Positions 41,767 to 56,616 of a DNA stretch of 64,000 bases are shown one piece after another. The first letter of the stretch is position 1. Each line of letters opens with the position of its first letter. The notes beneath the pieces were generated by a model that had not been told where the DNA came from, did not search any database, and worked only from the letters and a program-made list of their open reading frames with translations. The stretch is from an uncultured Planctomycetaceae bacterium (GTDB taxonomy: Bacteria; Planctomycetota; Planctomycetia; Pirellulales; PALSA-1355): NCBI GenBank assembly GCA_963785305.1, contig CAWAUV010000009.1:320001-384000 (forward strand), read 5' to 3'. The position numbers were made by a program, and so were the translations under genes.

Positions 41767-42264
41767 ATGAAAACCGCCGTCAACAGCCTGTCGCTCCGCA
41801 AGCCGCAACAAGGTCGGATCACCCGCTCGACGAAGAACGTGGCCGCCCAGCAGTGCTTGATCGTGTCGGCCGACCCGGCCCGGCAGTCGATGTTCGTGGC
41901 CGCCGCCTGCGACGCGGGCTTCGAGACGCTGCTCGCCGCCGACGCCTCGGCCGCGTTGGCTCTCTTGGGCCGCGAGTTCGTGGCGATGGCGATTGTCGAT
42001 GTCGAAGGTCAACAAGCCGCCGACTTCCATCAACTGTTCGACCGGCTGCGTAAGACCAGCGGTTTGCTCAGCGTGGTGTGCGGCAACGAAGGCAACGAAC
42101 AAGAAGAAGTGTATGTGCGTCAGGCCAGCCCCTGGCTGTATCTGCCGGGCGTGCAGTTGGGCGCCGAGTTCTCGACGCTGTGTCATCAAGGCCGCCAACT
42201 CGCCCAACGTTCGCAAGTGGCCGCCGGTCGTCCGGCTCCGAGCCGCATGCGTCGCAGCGGTTGA
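41767..42264 (+). CDS. Hypothetical protein, degenerate receiver (CheY-like) fold
   Basis: CLIVSAD...AMAIVD...VVCGNEG...WLYLPG pattern; lacks a clear canonical acidic pair. Confidence 0.5.
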   Translation: MKTAVNSLSLRKPQQGRITRSTKNVAAQQCLIVSADPARQSMFVAAACDAGFETLLAADASAALALLGREFVAMAIVDVEGQQAADFHQLFDRLRKTSGLLSVVCGNEGNEQEEVYVRQASPWLYLPGVQLGAEFSTLCHQGRQLAQRSQVAAGRPAPSRMRRSG

Positions 42265-42330
42265 TTCGCACCTGGCTCGACTCCACTTCTCCCCCGGAAC
42301 AAAGCTCCCCACGCTCGAAAGACTCGAATC

Positions 42331-42504
42331 ATGACGATGCTCCACGAACTGTACGAAGCCGAAGACACCTGCGGTGATCGCCGTTTCCAAGGTGGTCGCG
42401 AGAAGCTGGTGTCCCGCAGCCGCAAGTCGGAAAATCGCTCGCGTCGCGGCCCGGTGTCGGTCAACGGCTTGCATCGCCGCGGCAACAAGAAGTTCGGCTG
42501 GTGA
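42331..42504 (+). CDS. Small basic protein (57 aa), below the ORF-track cutoff
   Basis: MTMLHELYEAEDTCGDRRFQGGREKLVSRSRKSENRSRRGPVSVNGLHRRGNKKFGW*; host-like codons; followed by a GC-rich hairpin at ~42511-42541. Confidence 0.55.
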   Translation: MTMLHELYEAEDTCGDRRFQGGREKLVSRSRKSENRSRRGPVSVNGLHRRGNKKFGW

Positions 42505-42843
42505 TTCCCGGAAACGGGCGGCCGCTTGGCGCCGTTCGTTCTCGCCCCGTGCTCGTTTTTCTTTCTCCCTGGGCTGCCACTCTCAAGCCCGCTCGCTCCC
42601 AAGGACCTTCGGCTCAGACGAGACTCTCCCGGAGAATGGAAACTCCGGACAACGCGACGCTGTTGCATGCGTCGCCATTCGAGGGAATCCCGTTTTCGAG
42701 GCGAAACCCTTCCTCGCGAGCCGCGTTTTGCAAGCTAGACTTTTACTAGCGATTTCTCCGCAAAACCTTCCAAACGCTCGATGGCGCCGTGTCTGAATTC
42801 GGCGACCGAAGCAGCCGGCCGGCCTCGCGAGTGGTAACGCGCG

Positions 42844-46022
<3,179 letters not shown>

Positions 46023-46096
46023 ACCGCGTCGACCGAGAGAACATCATTCACCCAGAAAGTCGGCCCGAACATTCGGGCGATGGCGACGGAGCGCAT

Positions 46097-46360
46097 ATGG
46101 CGGACTATTCGAAGCATCAGAAAAAGATCATCAAGAACTACTACGACAACCAAGAAGACATTTCGCTGCGGCGGCTCAGCGAGCTCGTCACCGAGTTGTA
46201 TCTGGCCGAAGGCAAGAATCGCGTCAAGCAATGGCAGTATATTGTCTCGGCGCTGGAAAAATTGAAGTTGCCGCAAACCCGCATCGATCATTTGGTCAAG
46301 CAGGACAATCCGGCCCTGCTTGCCAAACTGGTCGAAGAGCTCATGGCCAAGCAGAAGTAA
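46097..46360 (+). CDS. Small hypothetical protein
   Basis: MADYSKHQKKIIKNYYDNQ...RLSELVTELYLAEGK; GGAG RBS; host-like codons. Confidence 0.75.
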   Translation: MADYSKHQKKIIKNYYDNQEDISLRRLSELVTELYLAEGKNRVKQWQYIVSALEKLKLPQTRIDHLVKQDNPALLAKLVEELMAKQK

Positions 46361-46467
46361 AATCGAGCGGCGCTCCCCCGGCCGGCGAATCGACGGCGAT
46401 CTCTCCGTCGTGGCGCCGAACAGGGATCGGGCGCATTGCATTGTTAGCCTCTTGAAAATATCTTGCC

Positions 46468-47349
46468 ATGACTCAAGTCACCGCCGAACAGCTCCGTTGG
46501 CAAAAGTTTCCCGTGCTCGACGACGGCTTCGTCACGCTCGTCGATGTGATGGGAAACGATCAGTCGGTCGTGCAAGCCGCGCGGGTGAGCTATGGCGAGG
46601 GCACGCGGAAAACGTCCGACGATCGCGGCCTGATTCGCTATCTGCTGCGGCATCGCCACACGACGCCCTTCGAGATGGCCGAGATCAAGCTCTTGATTCG
46701 GGCGCCGATGGACTGCTGGCGCCAATGGATCCGCCATCGCACGGCCAATGTCAACGAATATAGCACGCGCTATTCGCTGGCGATCGACGCCGCCCAGACC
46801 ACGCTGCCCGACGCCTGGCGCGAGCAAGCCGCGACCAATCGCCAAGGCAGCGGCGGCTTTCTCAGTCCCGAACTTGGCGCGGAGCTCTCGGCCGCCGAGC
46901 GCGAGTTTCATGCCGCGGCCCGGCGGCTCTACGAAGAACGCATCGCCCGCGGCGTGGCCCGAGAGCAAGCCCGCAAGGACTTGCCGCTGGCCACCTATAC
47001 GGAAGCCTATTGGAAGATCGATCTGCACAATCTGTTGCATTTTCTCGCGCTGCGAATGGATAGCCACGCCCAGCTCGAGATTCGCCAATATGCCACCGCG
47101 ATCGGCGAGCGGATCGTGGCGCCGCTGTTTCCGCTGGTGTGGGAAGCGTTTGTCGACTATCGGGTTGACGGGCTCTATCTCTCGCGGCTCGAGCTCGGCG
47201 TCGCCCAGCGGCTCATGGCCGCCGGCAAGGCGCCGGCCGACGAGACGGATTTTCTCGAAGCACAGGACCCCGCCTGGCGCGAAATGACTCGCTGCCGCGA
47301 GCGCGACGAATGCCGCGAGAAACTCGCGCGACTGGGGCTTGTTCGCTAG
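46468..47349 (+). CDS. thyX: FAD-dependent thymidylate synthase
   Basis: AARVSY, HTTPFE, RQWIRHRTANVNEYSTRY (RHRx7S), NLLHFLALR, HAQLEIR. Confidence 0.95.
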   Translation: MTQVTAEQLRWQKFPVLDDGFVTLVDVMGNDQSVVQAARVSYGEGTRKTSDDRGLIRYLLRHRHTTPFEMAEIKLLIRAPMDCWRQWIRHRTANVNEYSTRYSLAIDAAQTTLPDAWREQAATNRQGSGGFLSPELGAELSAAEREFHAAARRLYEERIARGVAREQARKDLPLATYTEAYWKIDLHNLLHFLALRMDSHAQLEIRQYATAIGERIVAPLFPLVWEAFVDYRVDGLYLSRLELGVAQRLMAAGKAPADETDFLEAQDPAWREMTRCRERDECREKLARLGLVR

Positions 47350-47379
47350 TGCGGTGTCAACGCATAATTCAGGCATCGT

Positions 47380-47458
47380 GTGCCATGCCCACGCTCGCGT
47401 GGGCATGTCTTCGCGCCGTGATCAATCGAGCATGCCCACGCGAGCGTGGGCATGGCAC
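47380..47458. repeat. REPIN-like doublet of palindromes
   Basis: GTGCCATGCCCACGCTCGCGTGGGCATG (47380-47407) and its exact reverse complement (47431-47458); each arm is itself palindromic. Confidence 0.85.
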
Positions 47459-47577
47459 GGCAAATTCAAACTGTGACAAAGCGGTAGGCTGAATCTTTTT
47501 TTCGCCGAGGCTTAGGCCGGCGCTTCACGCAAAATACGAAAGCCTGCCCGAGGCGCCCGACTTTAGGAGCACCCGCG

Positions 47578-47958
47578 ATGCCGAACGCCGTGACCGAGGA
47601 ACTGCTGAAGCTCAACCAGCAATTGCTCGAAAGCATCGCCACCGGCGATTGGAAGACCTACGAAAAGCTGTGCGACCCGTCGCTCACCTGCTTCGAGCCG
47701 GAGACCGTCGGCCAAGTGGTCGAGGGCCTCGGGTTTCACAAGTTCTACTTCGATCTCGGCGCCGCGAAGGGTCCGAGGACGACGACCATGGCGTCGCCCC
47801 ATGTGCGCCTGATGGGCGACACGGCGGTGATTTCCTACACGCGGCTCACCCAGCGGCTCGACGCCTCGGGCGCTCCCACAACCGGCCAAGCCCAAGAGAC
47901 CCGCGTCTGGCAGCGCGAAGGCGGCCAATGGCGCCACGTGCATTTTCACCGCTCGTGA
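47578..47958 (+). CDS. NTF2-like / CaMKII association-domain (DUF4440-like) protein
   Basis: YEKLCDPSLTCFEPE...VEGLGFHKFYF...ETRVW...HVHFHRS; AGGAG RBS. Confidence 0.85.
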   Translation: MPNAVTEELLKLNQQLLESIATGDWKTYEKLCDPSLTCFEPETVGQVVEGLGFHKFYFDLGAAKGPRTTTMASPHVRLMGDTAVISYTRLTQRLDASGAPTTGQAQETRVWQREGGQWRHVHFHRS

Positions 47959-47994
47959 AGCGCCGCTCGGGTCTCGTGAACCACCGCTCGGGGC

Positions 47995-49224
47995 TCACGA
48001 AAAGTCGCTCAAAGGGCCCACGGCCATGACCATCGCTTTCGACAGCGGGAAGTCTGCGAGCACGTTCTTGAGATCGTCGAGCGACACCGCGTCGACCGCG
48101 CGGAGGTCGTCGTCGACCGAGCGATATGTCCGCCGCTGAAGCCAATTGCTGCCGACATTGAATAGCCGGCCTCGCGGTCGCTCGCTGCCCAGCACGGCGC
48201 GAGCCTTGATCTTGCTCTTGGCCTGGGCCAGCTCTTCGGCCGTGATGCCCGCGGACTCGGCCTGCGCGAAGATCCGTCCCACGCGATCCAGGTTTTCCCG
48301 GGCTCGCTCCGGATCGGTCGTCATATAGGTCATGAACAGGCCCACGCCCTGATATTCGTAGTGATGGAGCGACACTTGTTCGGCGAGTCCGTTGTCGACC
48401 ATTTCCCAGTAGAGCCGGCTGCCCGAATCGTCGCCAAGCACGGTGGCGAGCAGCTTGGCGGCGTAGCGGCGGTCGTCGGTCGCCGACGGGCCGATACCCA
48501 GCCGCAGCACATATTCCATCGTGGCCGCTGGCTTGTGCAGGCAATGCTCTCCGGTGGCGCCGGTGGCGGGTTCCAAGGCTCGCTCGACAGGGTAGGGCCG
48601 CCACGCGCCGCACAACTCCTCCGCGTCGCGAATCAAGCGGTCGAAGTCCACGCGGCCGGTCGCCACCAGCGAGATGTTCGTCGGACTGTAACGGCGCTCG
48701 AAGTAATCGCGCATCGCGCCGACTTCGAGTCCTTCGATGCTGGCCACGGTGCCGAGCACGCTACGGCCGAGCGGGTGCTTGCCGAAAAAAGCCGCCTTGC
48801 ATTTGTCGTCGGCCCCGAAGGGGGGCTGATCCTCGTACATGCGGATTTCCTCGATGATCACCTGCTTCTCGGTGGCGAAGTCCTCGTCGCGCAGGCCCGG
48901 CCGCAAGAGATCGCCCAAGAGCGATGTAGTCCGGCTTTGATACTCGGGCAGCACGGAGCCGTAGTACACGGTGTGTTCTTCGCTGGTGAAGGCGTTGTAG
49001 TTCGCGCCGATTTCGTCGAACTCGCGATTCACATCGTCGGCCGAGCGGGTCGGGGTGCCCTTGAAGGCCATGTGTTCGAGAAAGTGGCTCACGCCCGACA
49101 CGGCGTCCCACTCGTCGCGCGCGCCGGCCTGCACGAAAAATCCCATCGCCAGCGAATGCGCCTCGGGATTGCATTCGGCGACGATCGACAGTCCATTGTC
49201 CAAGACATGCTTACGAAATTCCAA
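47995..49224 (-). CDS. M16 family zinc peptidase, catalytic subunit
   Basis: GVSHFLEHMAFKGT (HxxEH), NAFTSEEHT. Confidence 0.92.
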   Translation of the reverse strand: MEFRKHVLDNGLSIVAECNPEAHSLAMGFFVQAGARDEWDAVSGVSHFLEHMAFKGTPTRSADDVNREFDEIGANYNAFTSEEHTVYYGSVLPEYQSRTTSLLGDLLRPGLRDEDFATEKQVIIEEIRMYEDQPPFGADDKCKAAFFGKHPLGRSVLGTVASIEGLEVGAMRDYFERRYSPTNISLVATGRVDFDRLIRDAEELCGAWRPYPVERALEPATGATGEHCLHKPAATMEYVLRLGIGPSATDDRRYAAKLLATVLGDDSGSRLYWEMVDNGLAEQVSLHHYEYQGVGLFMTYMTTDPERARENLDRVGRIFAQAESAGITAEELAQAKSKIKARAVLGSERPRGRLFNVGSNWLQRRTYRSVDDDLRAVDAVSLDDLKNVLADFPLSKAMVMAVGPLSDFS

Positions 49225-50456
49225 GAGGCGCCTCCAACGCTTGCGGTCCCACGGTGATGATCGTGAAGTCGCCGGGCGGATGCGCGGCGAGATAATCGTT
49301 GATGCTCTGGCAGCTCAGGCCATCGACCAGCGACGACACTTCGTCGAGTGTGCGCACTCGGCCCAGGTGATACCAGTCCCGCGCAATCGCGGAGCTGCGG
49401 GCCGAACTCGACTCTTGCTGCATGATCAGATTGCTTTTCACCCGGGCCTTGAGTCGTTCGAGCTCCTCGGGCCGAATGCCTTCGGCCAGCCGGGTCAATT
49501 CGCCAAGCGTGACATCGAGGCTCTCTTGGGCCCGATCGGCGCTGGTGCCGGCATAGCAAAGCACGGCGGCCCGGTCTTTCAGCGTGTGGTAGCTGGCGTA
49601 GACGCTGTAGCAGAGGCCGCGTTTCTCGCGGACTTCGGAAAATAGCCGCGAGCTCATGCCGCCGCTTAGCACGCCCACGGCGCCCGAAGCCTGAAAATAA
49701 TCGGGATCGCGATACGGCACGCTCGGATAGCCGATTGCGACTTGAGTTTGGTTGGATTCTTGTTCGATATGCCGGCGGCGCTCGAGATGGGAATTGGAAG
49801 CTGGCGGCTGCTCGACCCGGGGGCGCCAATCGCCGAACAGCCGTCCCACGGCGTCTTTGAGCCGCGGCCAATCCACCTTGCCGGCAATTCCGATGATGGC
49901 GCCATTGGGCCGAAATCCGGCCTCATAGGCGCGGCGAATGTCGCCTTCCGAAATCGCTTCGACCGCCTCGATCTCGCCGTGGCTGGGCCGGCCCCAGGGT
50001 TCGCCATAGACATGGCGCCGCAGCTCGAGCATCGCCTTTTGGCTCGGCTCGTCTTCCACGGCTCGCAGCTCTTGCAGCATCACTTGCCGAACCGGATCGA
50101 TTTCGGCCGCGGGCAACCGTGGGCGGCTGCATCAGGTCGGCATAGATTTCGAGCGCGGGAATGAGATTCTGCGAGAGCGTGGCGCCGCTATAGCTCGCGT
50201 GGCTCGCCGACACGCCTTCGCCCCGCTCGACGCCCAGATTGTCGAGATCGCGCACAAACTGCCGGCTATCGCGCGACCCACTGCCTCGAAGCGTCATTTC
50301 GCAGACAAAGCCCGCCAGCCCGCTGCGATCGGCCGGGTCCCAAGCGCTGCCGGCCGGCAGGAGCACCGTGAAGGCGGCCGAGGCAAGCGCCGTGAGCGGT
50401 TCCGCAATCAGCGTGAGGCCATTGTCGAACACATGCGAAACGATCGGCTCTTTCAC
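49211..50456 (-). CDS. M16 family peptidase, non-catalytic partner (frameshift near 50120)
   Basis: FDNGLTLIAE, no HxxEH, LSGGMSSRLFSEVREKRGLCYSV; overlaps the downstream subunit. Confidence 0.85.
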
Positions 50457-50737
50457 TCGGCATATCTCCCTAGTCGAACACACGGCACTTCGGAGAAGCC
50501 AACGCCTCTCAAGGAACGAAAATCAGAAGGGGACGGCAAGCGCGAGGACCCTTCGGGCATGGCCCGCGACATCGGATTCGCGGCGGTCCCCTTGGGACAT
50601 CTCCGGCCGCGATGGAGCATCGGGTCCCCGCGACACAATGTAGCCCGGCCCGGCGAGCTTCGCCAACCGCTTTTTCAGGAAGCCGCGAGGAAAATCCGCC
50701 GGCGGACAGCGGGACGGGGCGCGAGCGATCGTCGATT

Positions 50738-51297
50738 TCAAGCGCAAGCGACTTCCACCGCTTTGTACACAGTGCGCGACTTGACGAACCCCACGCTCTG
50801 ATAAAGACGGATCGCCCCGAAATTCTGCGCCGTGACTTCCAGAAACGCGGCGGCTCGAGACCCGCCCCGCGAAAACCGATCAGCGCGCGTCGCAAGAGCG
50901 CCAAGCCGAGCCCTCGGCCGCGATGTTCGGGAACGACTCCCAAATTTTGCACCGCGCCCATTCCCGAATAATCGCGAATGCCCTGGATCGTGCCGCATGG
51001 CTCGCGGCGAAGATTACCCGCGAGCGAGCGAATCAGCCAAGTGGCGTCGGGCAGGAAGCCTTCCTTTTGACGAATTTCGTGCATCAGGCGGTGACAGCCG
51101 GAGTATTCGCCCAGGCAGGGGAACACGTTGCTGTCGATCTCGCCGCGAAAGCTATTGAACTTGGCCTCGGCGTGGGCATCAACCGTGGCATCGTCCCAGG
51201 CGACGAATTCATAGCCCGGCGGCGCCAGGCAATGCGATAAATCGCCGACCCGGAGGTCGATTTCCATCCGAAAGCGTTTGAAGTAGGTAAGCCCCAT
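50738..51297 (-). CDS. GNAT N-acetyltransferase (frameshift near 50850)
   Basis: QNLGVVPEHRGRGLG, then LEVTAQNFGAIRLYQSVGF in the next frame. Confidence 0.85.
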
Positions 51298-51689
51298 AAG
51301 ACACGGCAGCCTTTGGGCGGAGCGATGAATGCAACGAGCTCCCAGCACTAACCAAATCTATCGGCGCAACCGGCAATGGTCAACTAATCGCCCGCGAAAG
51401 TTGGCCGGGTCGAGCGCCTCGCGAGAGATCGATTCTCAAGATTCCTGCTCGCCGGCACAGCATGCTATCGTCCGCCGACCGCGGTCGATCACCGTGATTT
51501 TTCGCGGTACGGCATAATTCCTAGCAACCGAACTAAAGAAAGCGGTGGTGGCCCCATGTTCAGCAGTCGGCGGAGACCATTATACTACGATCAGCGGAGT
51601 TGAAACGATTTAACCGGAACCAGCGGCGCTTCTTTGCCGCGCGTTGGTCGGACTTAGGTCAAACACCTTGCGGCCCCCCACGGCTTGCC

Positions 51690-52957
51690 ATGAAGTTCCT
51701 TCACGCCGCCGACGTGCATCTCGACAGCCCCCTGCGCGGGCTGGTCGATTATCCCGGCGCCCCGGTCGAGCGGCTTCGCTCGGCCACCCGCCGGGCGATG
51801 GACAATCTGGTTCGGCTGGCTGTCGACGAGCGGGTTGATTTCCTGCTCATCGCTGGCGATCTGTTCGACACCGAGTGTCGAGATTTCAACTCCGCCTTGG
51901 CGGCCGTGGCCCAAATGCAGCGTCTGCACAAGGCGGGCATTCCGGTGTACATGATCCTGGGTAACCATGATTCGCGCGAGGAGATGACCCGCGAGATTCC
52001 CTGGCCGCCAAACGTGAAACTGTTCGGAGCCGACCGGCCGGAAACCGTGCTGCATGCGAAACTGCCGCTGGCCGTGCATGGCATGAGTTATCCATGCCGG
52101 GAAGTGACGGAGAACCTGGCAATCCAGTATCCGGCGCCGGTCATGGGTCGTTTCAACATCGGGCTCTTGCACACCAACGCGGGCGGCAATCCGAACCACG
52201 ATTCCTACGCGCCCACCTCGGTCGAGGAGTTGATCGCCAAGCGCTACGACTATTGGGCGCTGGGCCACATCCATCAGCCTGCCGTGCTGCATGAATCTCC
52301 GCACATCGTTTATTCGGGCAATACTCAAGGCCGCCATGCCCGCGAACTGGGCGCCAAGGGCTGCTATCTCGTCGCGGTGAACGATGGACGGATCGAGACC
52401 TGCGAGTTTCGCGAGACCGACGTGGCCCGCTGGTTTCGCGAGACGATCACGCTCGAACCCGACGACGACTCCGACGAGCTCATCGGCCGCGCTCGCGATC
52501 GACTGGAAGAGGTCATCGGCCGCGCCGACGGGCGGCTCGCCGCGGTGCGACTCGAATTCACCGGCCGCGCCAAGCGCATCGAATTCTGGCCCACGACCAG
52601 GGCAAGCAACAAATGATCACGAACCTGCGCGCCATGGCCGGAGAGCTGAGCGGCGAGGCGTGGATCGAGAAGATTGATTTCCAGGTCCGCTCGCCGCTCG
52701 ACTTGCGCGAACTCGCTCGCGGCGGCGACCTGTTGGGCGAGTTGCTGCGCGACATCGAGGCGATCGCCGACGATCCCCGCCGACTGGGCGAGCTCGCCAC
52801 GCTGCTCGAGCCGCTGATGAAAAAAGTCGGCCCCGAGCTGGCAAGCGAGCAGGGCGAATCCGCCGGCGATGAGCACGTCGCTCGCGCGCGATTAAACGCC
52901 TGGTTGGCCGATGCCCGGGATCTGTTGGTCGCCGCCCTGACCGAAACCCTGGCTTGA
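51690..52957 (+). CDS. SbcD/Mre11-like (YhaO-type) DNA repair exonuclease (frameshift near 52575)
   Basis: HAADVHLDSP, AGDLFD, GNHD, LLHT, YWALGHIH, YSGNTQGR. Confidence 0.9.
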
Positions 52958-52970
52958 GCGAGGAGCGGGC

Positions 52971-55900
52971 GTGAAGATTCAGCAACTCAAAATCAATCGC
53001 TTCGGCCACTTCGACCGGCGCGAGCTCGATCTGTCGGGCGCCGGCATTCGCTTGATTCACGGTCACAACGAAGCCGGCAAAACCACGCTGCTCGAATTCT
53101 TGCGATGCTGGCTGTTCGGGTTTCCGCGGTCCACGCCCTACGATTTCAAATCCGGCGGCGGCGACATTGCCGGCGAAGGCGTGTTGCTGCTGGCCGACGG
53201 CCGCGAAGTGGAGCTGCGTCGCCGCAAGGGACTGAAAAACGCGATCCATGTGAAAATCGACGGCCTGCCCACCCAACTCGACGAGCGCGGATTCGAGTCG
53301 CTCATTGGCCAGGCGAATCGCAATCTGTTCGAATCGGTCTTCGCATTTGGACTCGATCAACTCAGTCGCGGCGAGGAGAGCCTCAAAGACGACAGCATGC
53401 AATCGGCCCTATTTGGCGGCGGTTTGCCGACGGCGGTCAGCCCCGAAAAAATCTCGGCCGAGTTGGACAACGAGGCGTCGACGATTTTCAAACCCAAGGG
53501 CACGATTCCCACGATCAATGTCTTGTCGAGCGCGATCGCCGCCCTGGTTGTCGATTTGAAAAGCAAGCGACTGCGAATCGCGGATTACGTGGAGCTTCGC
53601 CGTCAAGCCGAGTCGACGAAAGCCCACGCCGCCGAGCTCGCTCAAGCGGTCGAACGCTTGCGCCGCGAGCATGTTCGGGCGGAAAAGTTCGGCGCGGGCC
53701 TGGCCGAAACACGCGGAGCTGGAGCAACTGCGCGCCGCCCGCGAAACCTTCACGGTTCCCAAGGATTGCCCGGGCGATGGGCGCGCCCGACACGGCAAAA
53801 TCGTCGAACGGCTTGCCGAACTCGAGACCGAATCCGAGCGGCGCCGCCGAACGGACGACCGCCGCGATCGCTTTGGCCGCGCTGGAACTCGACCCAAGGG
53901 CGCTCTCGTTCCGCGCCGAGATCGAAAGCTGTCTGGAGCAGCGGCAATCGCTCGTCGATGCGCAGCGTGACTTGCCGGCGGTCGAGCGGCTTTGCGAAAC
54001 CATTCGCCGCGACATCGACCGCGAACTCGCCGACCTGCGGCCCGACTGGGGACATGACGAGTTGCGGTTGTTCGCGGTGGACCTCGCCACGCGCGAGGCG
54101 TTGGATCACGTGGCGAAGAAGGCGGCGGCGATCAACATCGACGCCGAGGGGTTGCAGTCCCGCCGCGAGGCCGATCGGGCGAGATTCGAGGAAATCGAGC
54201 AGGAACTCGCGGCGCTGGGCGAGCCGCCCGATGTGTCGGTGCTCGAAGCGGCCCTGGCCGGCGGGGCGGATTATCAAACCGACAAGAAACAGCTCGAAAC
54301 AGCGGAAACCGAGTTGGCCCGAATTGAGCGGCAGCTCGCCGCGCGCGTTCGTAAGCTCACGCCACCTCTGCCGGGCGACGCCGCCGGTCCGGAGCGATTG
54401 CCGGTCGCTCGACTTGAAACGATCGCGCAATTCGAGCGAGATTTCATGGAGCTCGTCAAGCGGCGTGACTCGCTACGGCAAGCGATCGACGCCGAGGAGG
54501 AAAGCCGGCGCGATCTGGAGGAAAAACTTGCTCAGCGCGGAACCGATGGCCCAACCCCGACGCGCGAGGAATTGACCCGCCGCGCGACGAGCGCGATCGC
54601 GCCTGGCAAGCGATTCGCCGGCGGCTGGAATCCCGGGCCGGAGGCGGCGGCGGCGACGATGCCAGCGCCGCCGCGAAGGCCGGACAAGGCATGCTATTCG
54701 AGGGCGACGAGACGCCGGGCTCGGCCGAGGCTCGCGATGCTCTTGGGCCGATCAAGACCATGATCGCGACTTACGAACATACCGCCCAGCGGGCCGACGC
54801 CATCGCCGACGAGATTTTCAAGAAGGCGGAAGCCGTGGCCCGCCGCGAGGAATGGCTTCGCTTGTTGAAGGCCAGCGGCGAGCGTTTGCAGGCTAACCGG
54901 CCGCGACAGCTCGCTCTCGACGAGCAACGCGCAGCGCCTCGAAACGGATTGGCGCGACCTGTGGGCGCCTTGCGGGTTCGCTCCGCTGGCGCCCGACGCC
55001 ATGCGCCGTTGGCTCGCCGATCATGAAGCAACCTGCGAGAGCTTCGCCCAGCGCGAGAACCAGGTCGCCGCCGTCGGGCGATTGGAGGCTAGATGCGCCG
55101 CGTTCGAAGCTCGCCTGCGGTCGGCTTGCGGCGTGACCGCGGTCGAGGATTCGGCGGCCCGCGAACCGGAATCCGATGATGTCGGCGTGCTGCTCGCTTC
55201 GGCGCGCGACGCCATCTCGCGGGCAAGCGAGCATCGCAAGCGTGGTGAATCGCTGGCGCGAGAGCGCGAAAATTGCAGCCGCGGCTCGAGCGCTGCGAGC
55301 AAGAAATTCGAGCGGTCGAGGATCGTCGCGCGGCCAACGCCTTCCAGCGCCGCGAACTGCTTCGCCAACTCAATCTCCCCGACAGCCTCGACATCGAACT
55401 GGCCAGGGCATTGATCGAGCACCTGTTGACCACTCGGGTAAAGCTCGATGGTTTGCCGTCGACTCAAAGCCGCGTCGACGCCATGATCGCCACGATCAAG
55501 GGCGTCGAGGCGAAGGTGCGTCAACTCTGCCGATCCCTCGCGCCGGAACTGGAGCAGGAGCCGGCGGAGCTCGCAATCCGGAAGCTGGCGGCCCAACTGG
55601 GCCGGGCCACCGACGCCCAAAACCAACATGACGCATTGCAAGGCAAGCTGCGCGACGCCGATGCCCAACTCGAGCGAATCGCCGAGCGGCGCACGACGCT
55701 CGAAGCGGAGCAGGCCCAACTGTTCGCGGTCGTGGGCGCCGGCGACGCGGCGTCGTTTCTCGAAATCGTGACACGCCACGAAAAAATGCTTTCGCTCGAA
55801 ACGAGAATTCAAACACTCGTGGGCGAAATCGCGCTGATTCGCGCGAGCGAGCCGGCCAACGAGTTTGAACGCGCACTCCGCGAAAACGACGGCGCCGCGC

Positions 55901-56578
55901 TCGACGCCGCCCGCGATACGCTTGCCGCCCAGTTAGACGACGCCGCTCGCCGGCAACGCCAAGCCGACGCCGACGCCGGCGCGGCCCGGAGCCGCCGCCG
56001 AGCGACTCAACGGCTCCGACACTGCGGCCCGCATTGCCGAGCAGCTTGCTTGCAAGCGTGCCTTGCTCGCCGCCGAGGTCGATCGCTACGCGCCGCTTGT
56101 AATTGCCCGGCGACTACTCACCGACGCGATTCGTCGCTTCGATCACGACAATCGCCCGCAAATGATCGCCACCGTTTCGAGGTTAATGCGGCAAATGACC
56201 GATGGCCGCTTTGTGGAATTCGATCGCATGTCGAGCGACAAAAAGATGATCATGCTCCGCCGCGACGACGGCGTCGAGCTCGTGCCGAGCCAGTTAAGCG
56301 AAGGTGTGCGGCAGCAGCTTTATTTGGCGATTCGGTTGGCCTATGTGCTGCATTACTGCCGGCAAAACGAGCCGCTGCCGATCGTGATGGACGATGTGCT
56401 CGTGAATCTCGACGACGAGAACGCCCGCCGCACGCTCAAGACGCTCCATGAAATCGCGGGCTCGGTGCAGGTGCTCTTCTTCACCTGCCATCCGCATTTG
56501 GTGTCGCTGGCCCGGGAAGTCGATCCGCGGCTTGAGCCGATCGAGTTGGGTCAAGGCGAGGCGGCGGCGAGGTTGTGA
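52971..56578 (+). CDS. YhaN-type SMC/Rad50-like AAA ATPase (several frameshifts)
   Basis: GHNEAGKTT Walker A, long coiled coil over several frames, LSEG..QQLYLAIRLA, IVMDDVLVNLD, FFTCH. Confidence 0.88.
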
Positions 56579-56616
56579 ATGGGGAAAGTTTTCAGGGGTC
56601 GGTTTTCGGTTTGTGG

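Noticed and set aside
51690..56578. SbcD-like nuclease + SMC-like ATPase as a new defence system
   Set aside because: Matches the widespread YhaO/YhaN-type pair, host-like composition, housekeeping neighbourhood.
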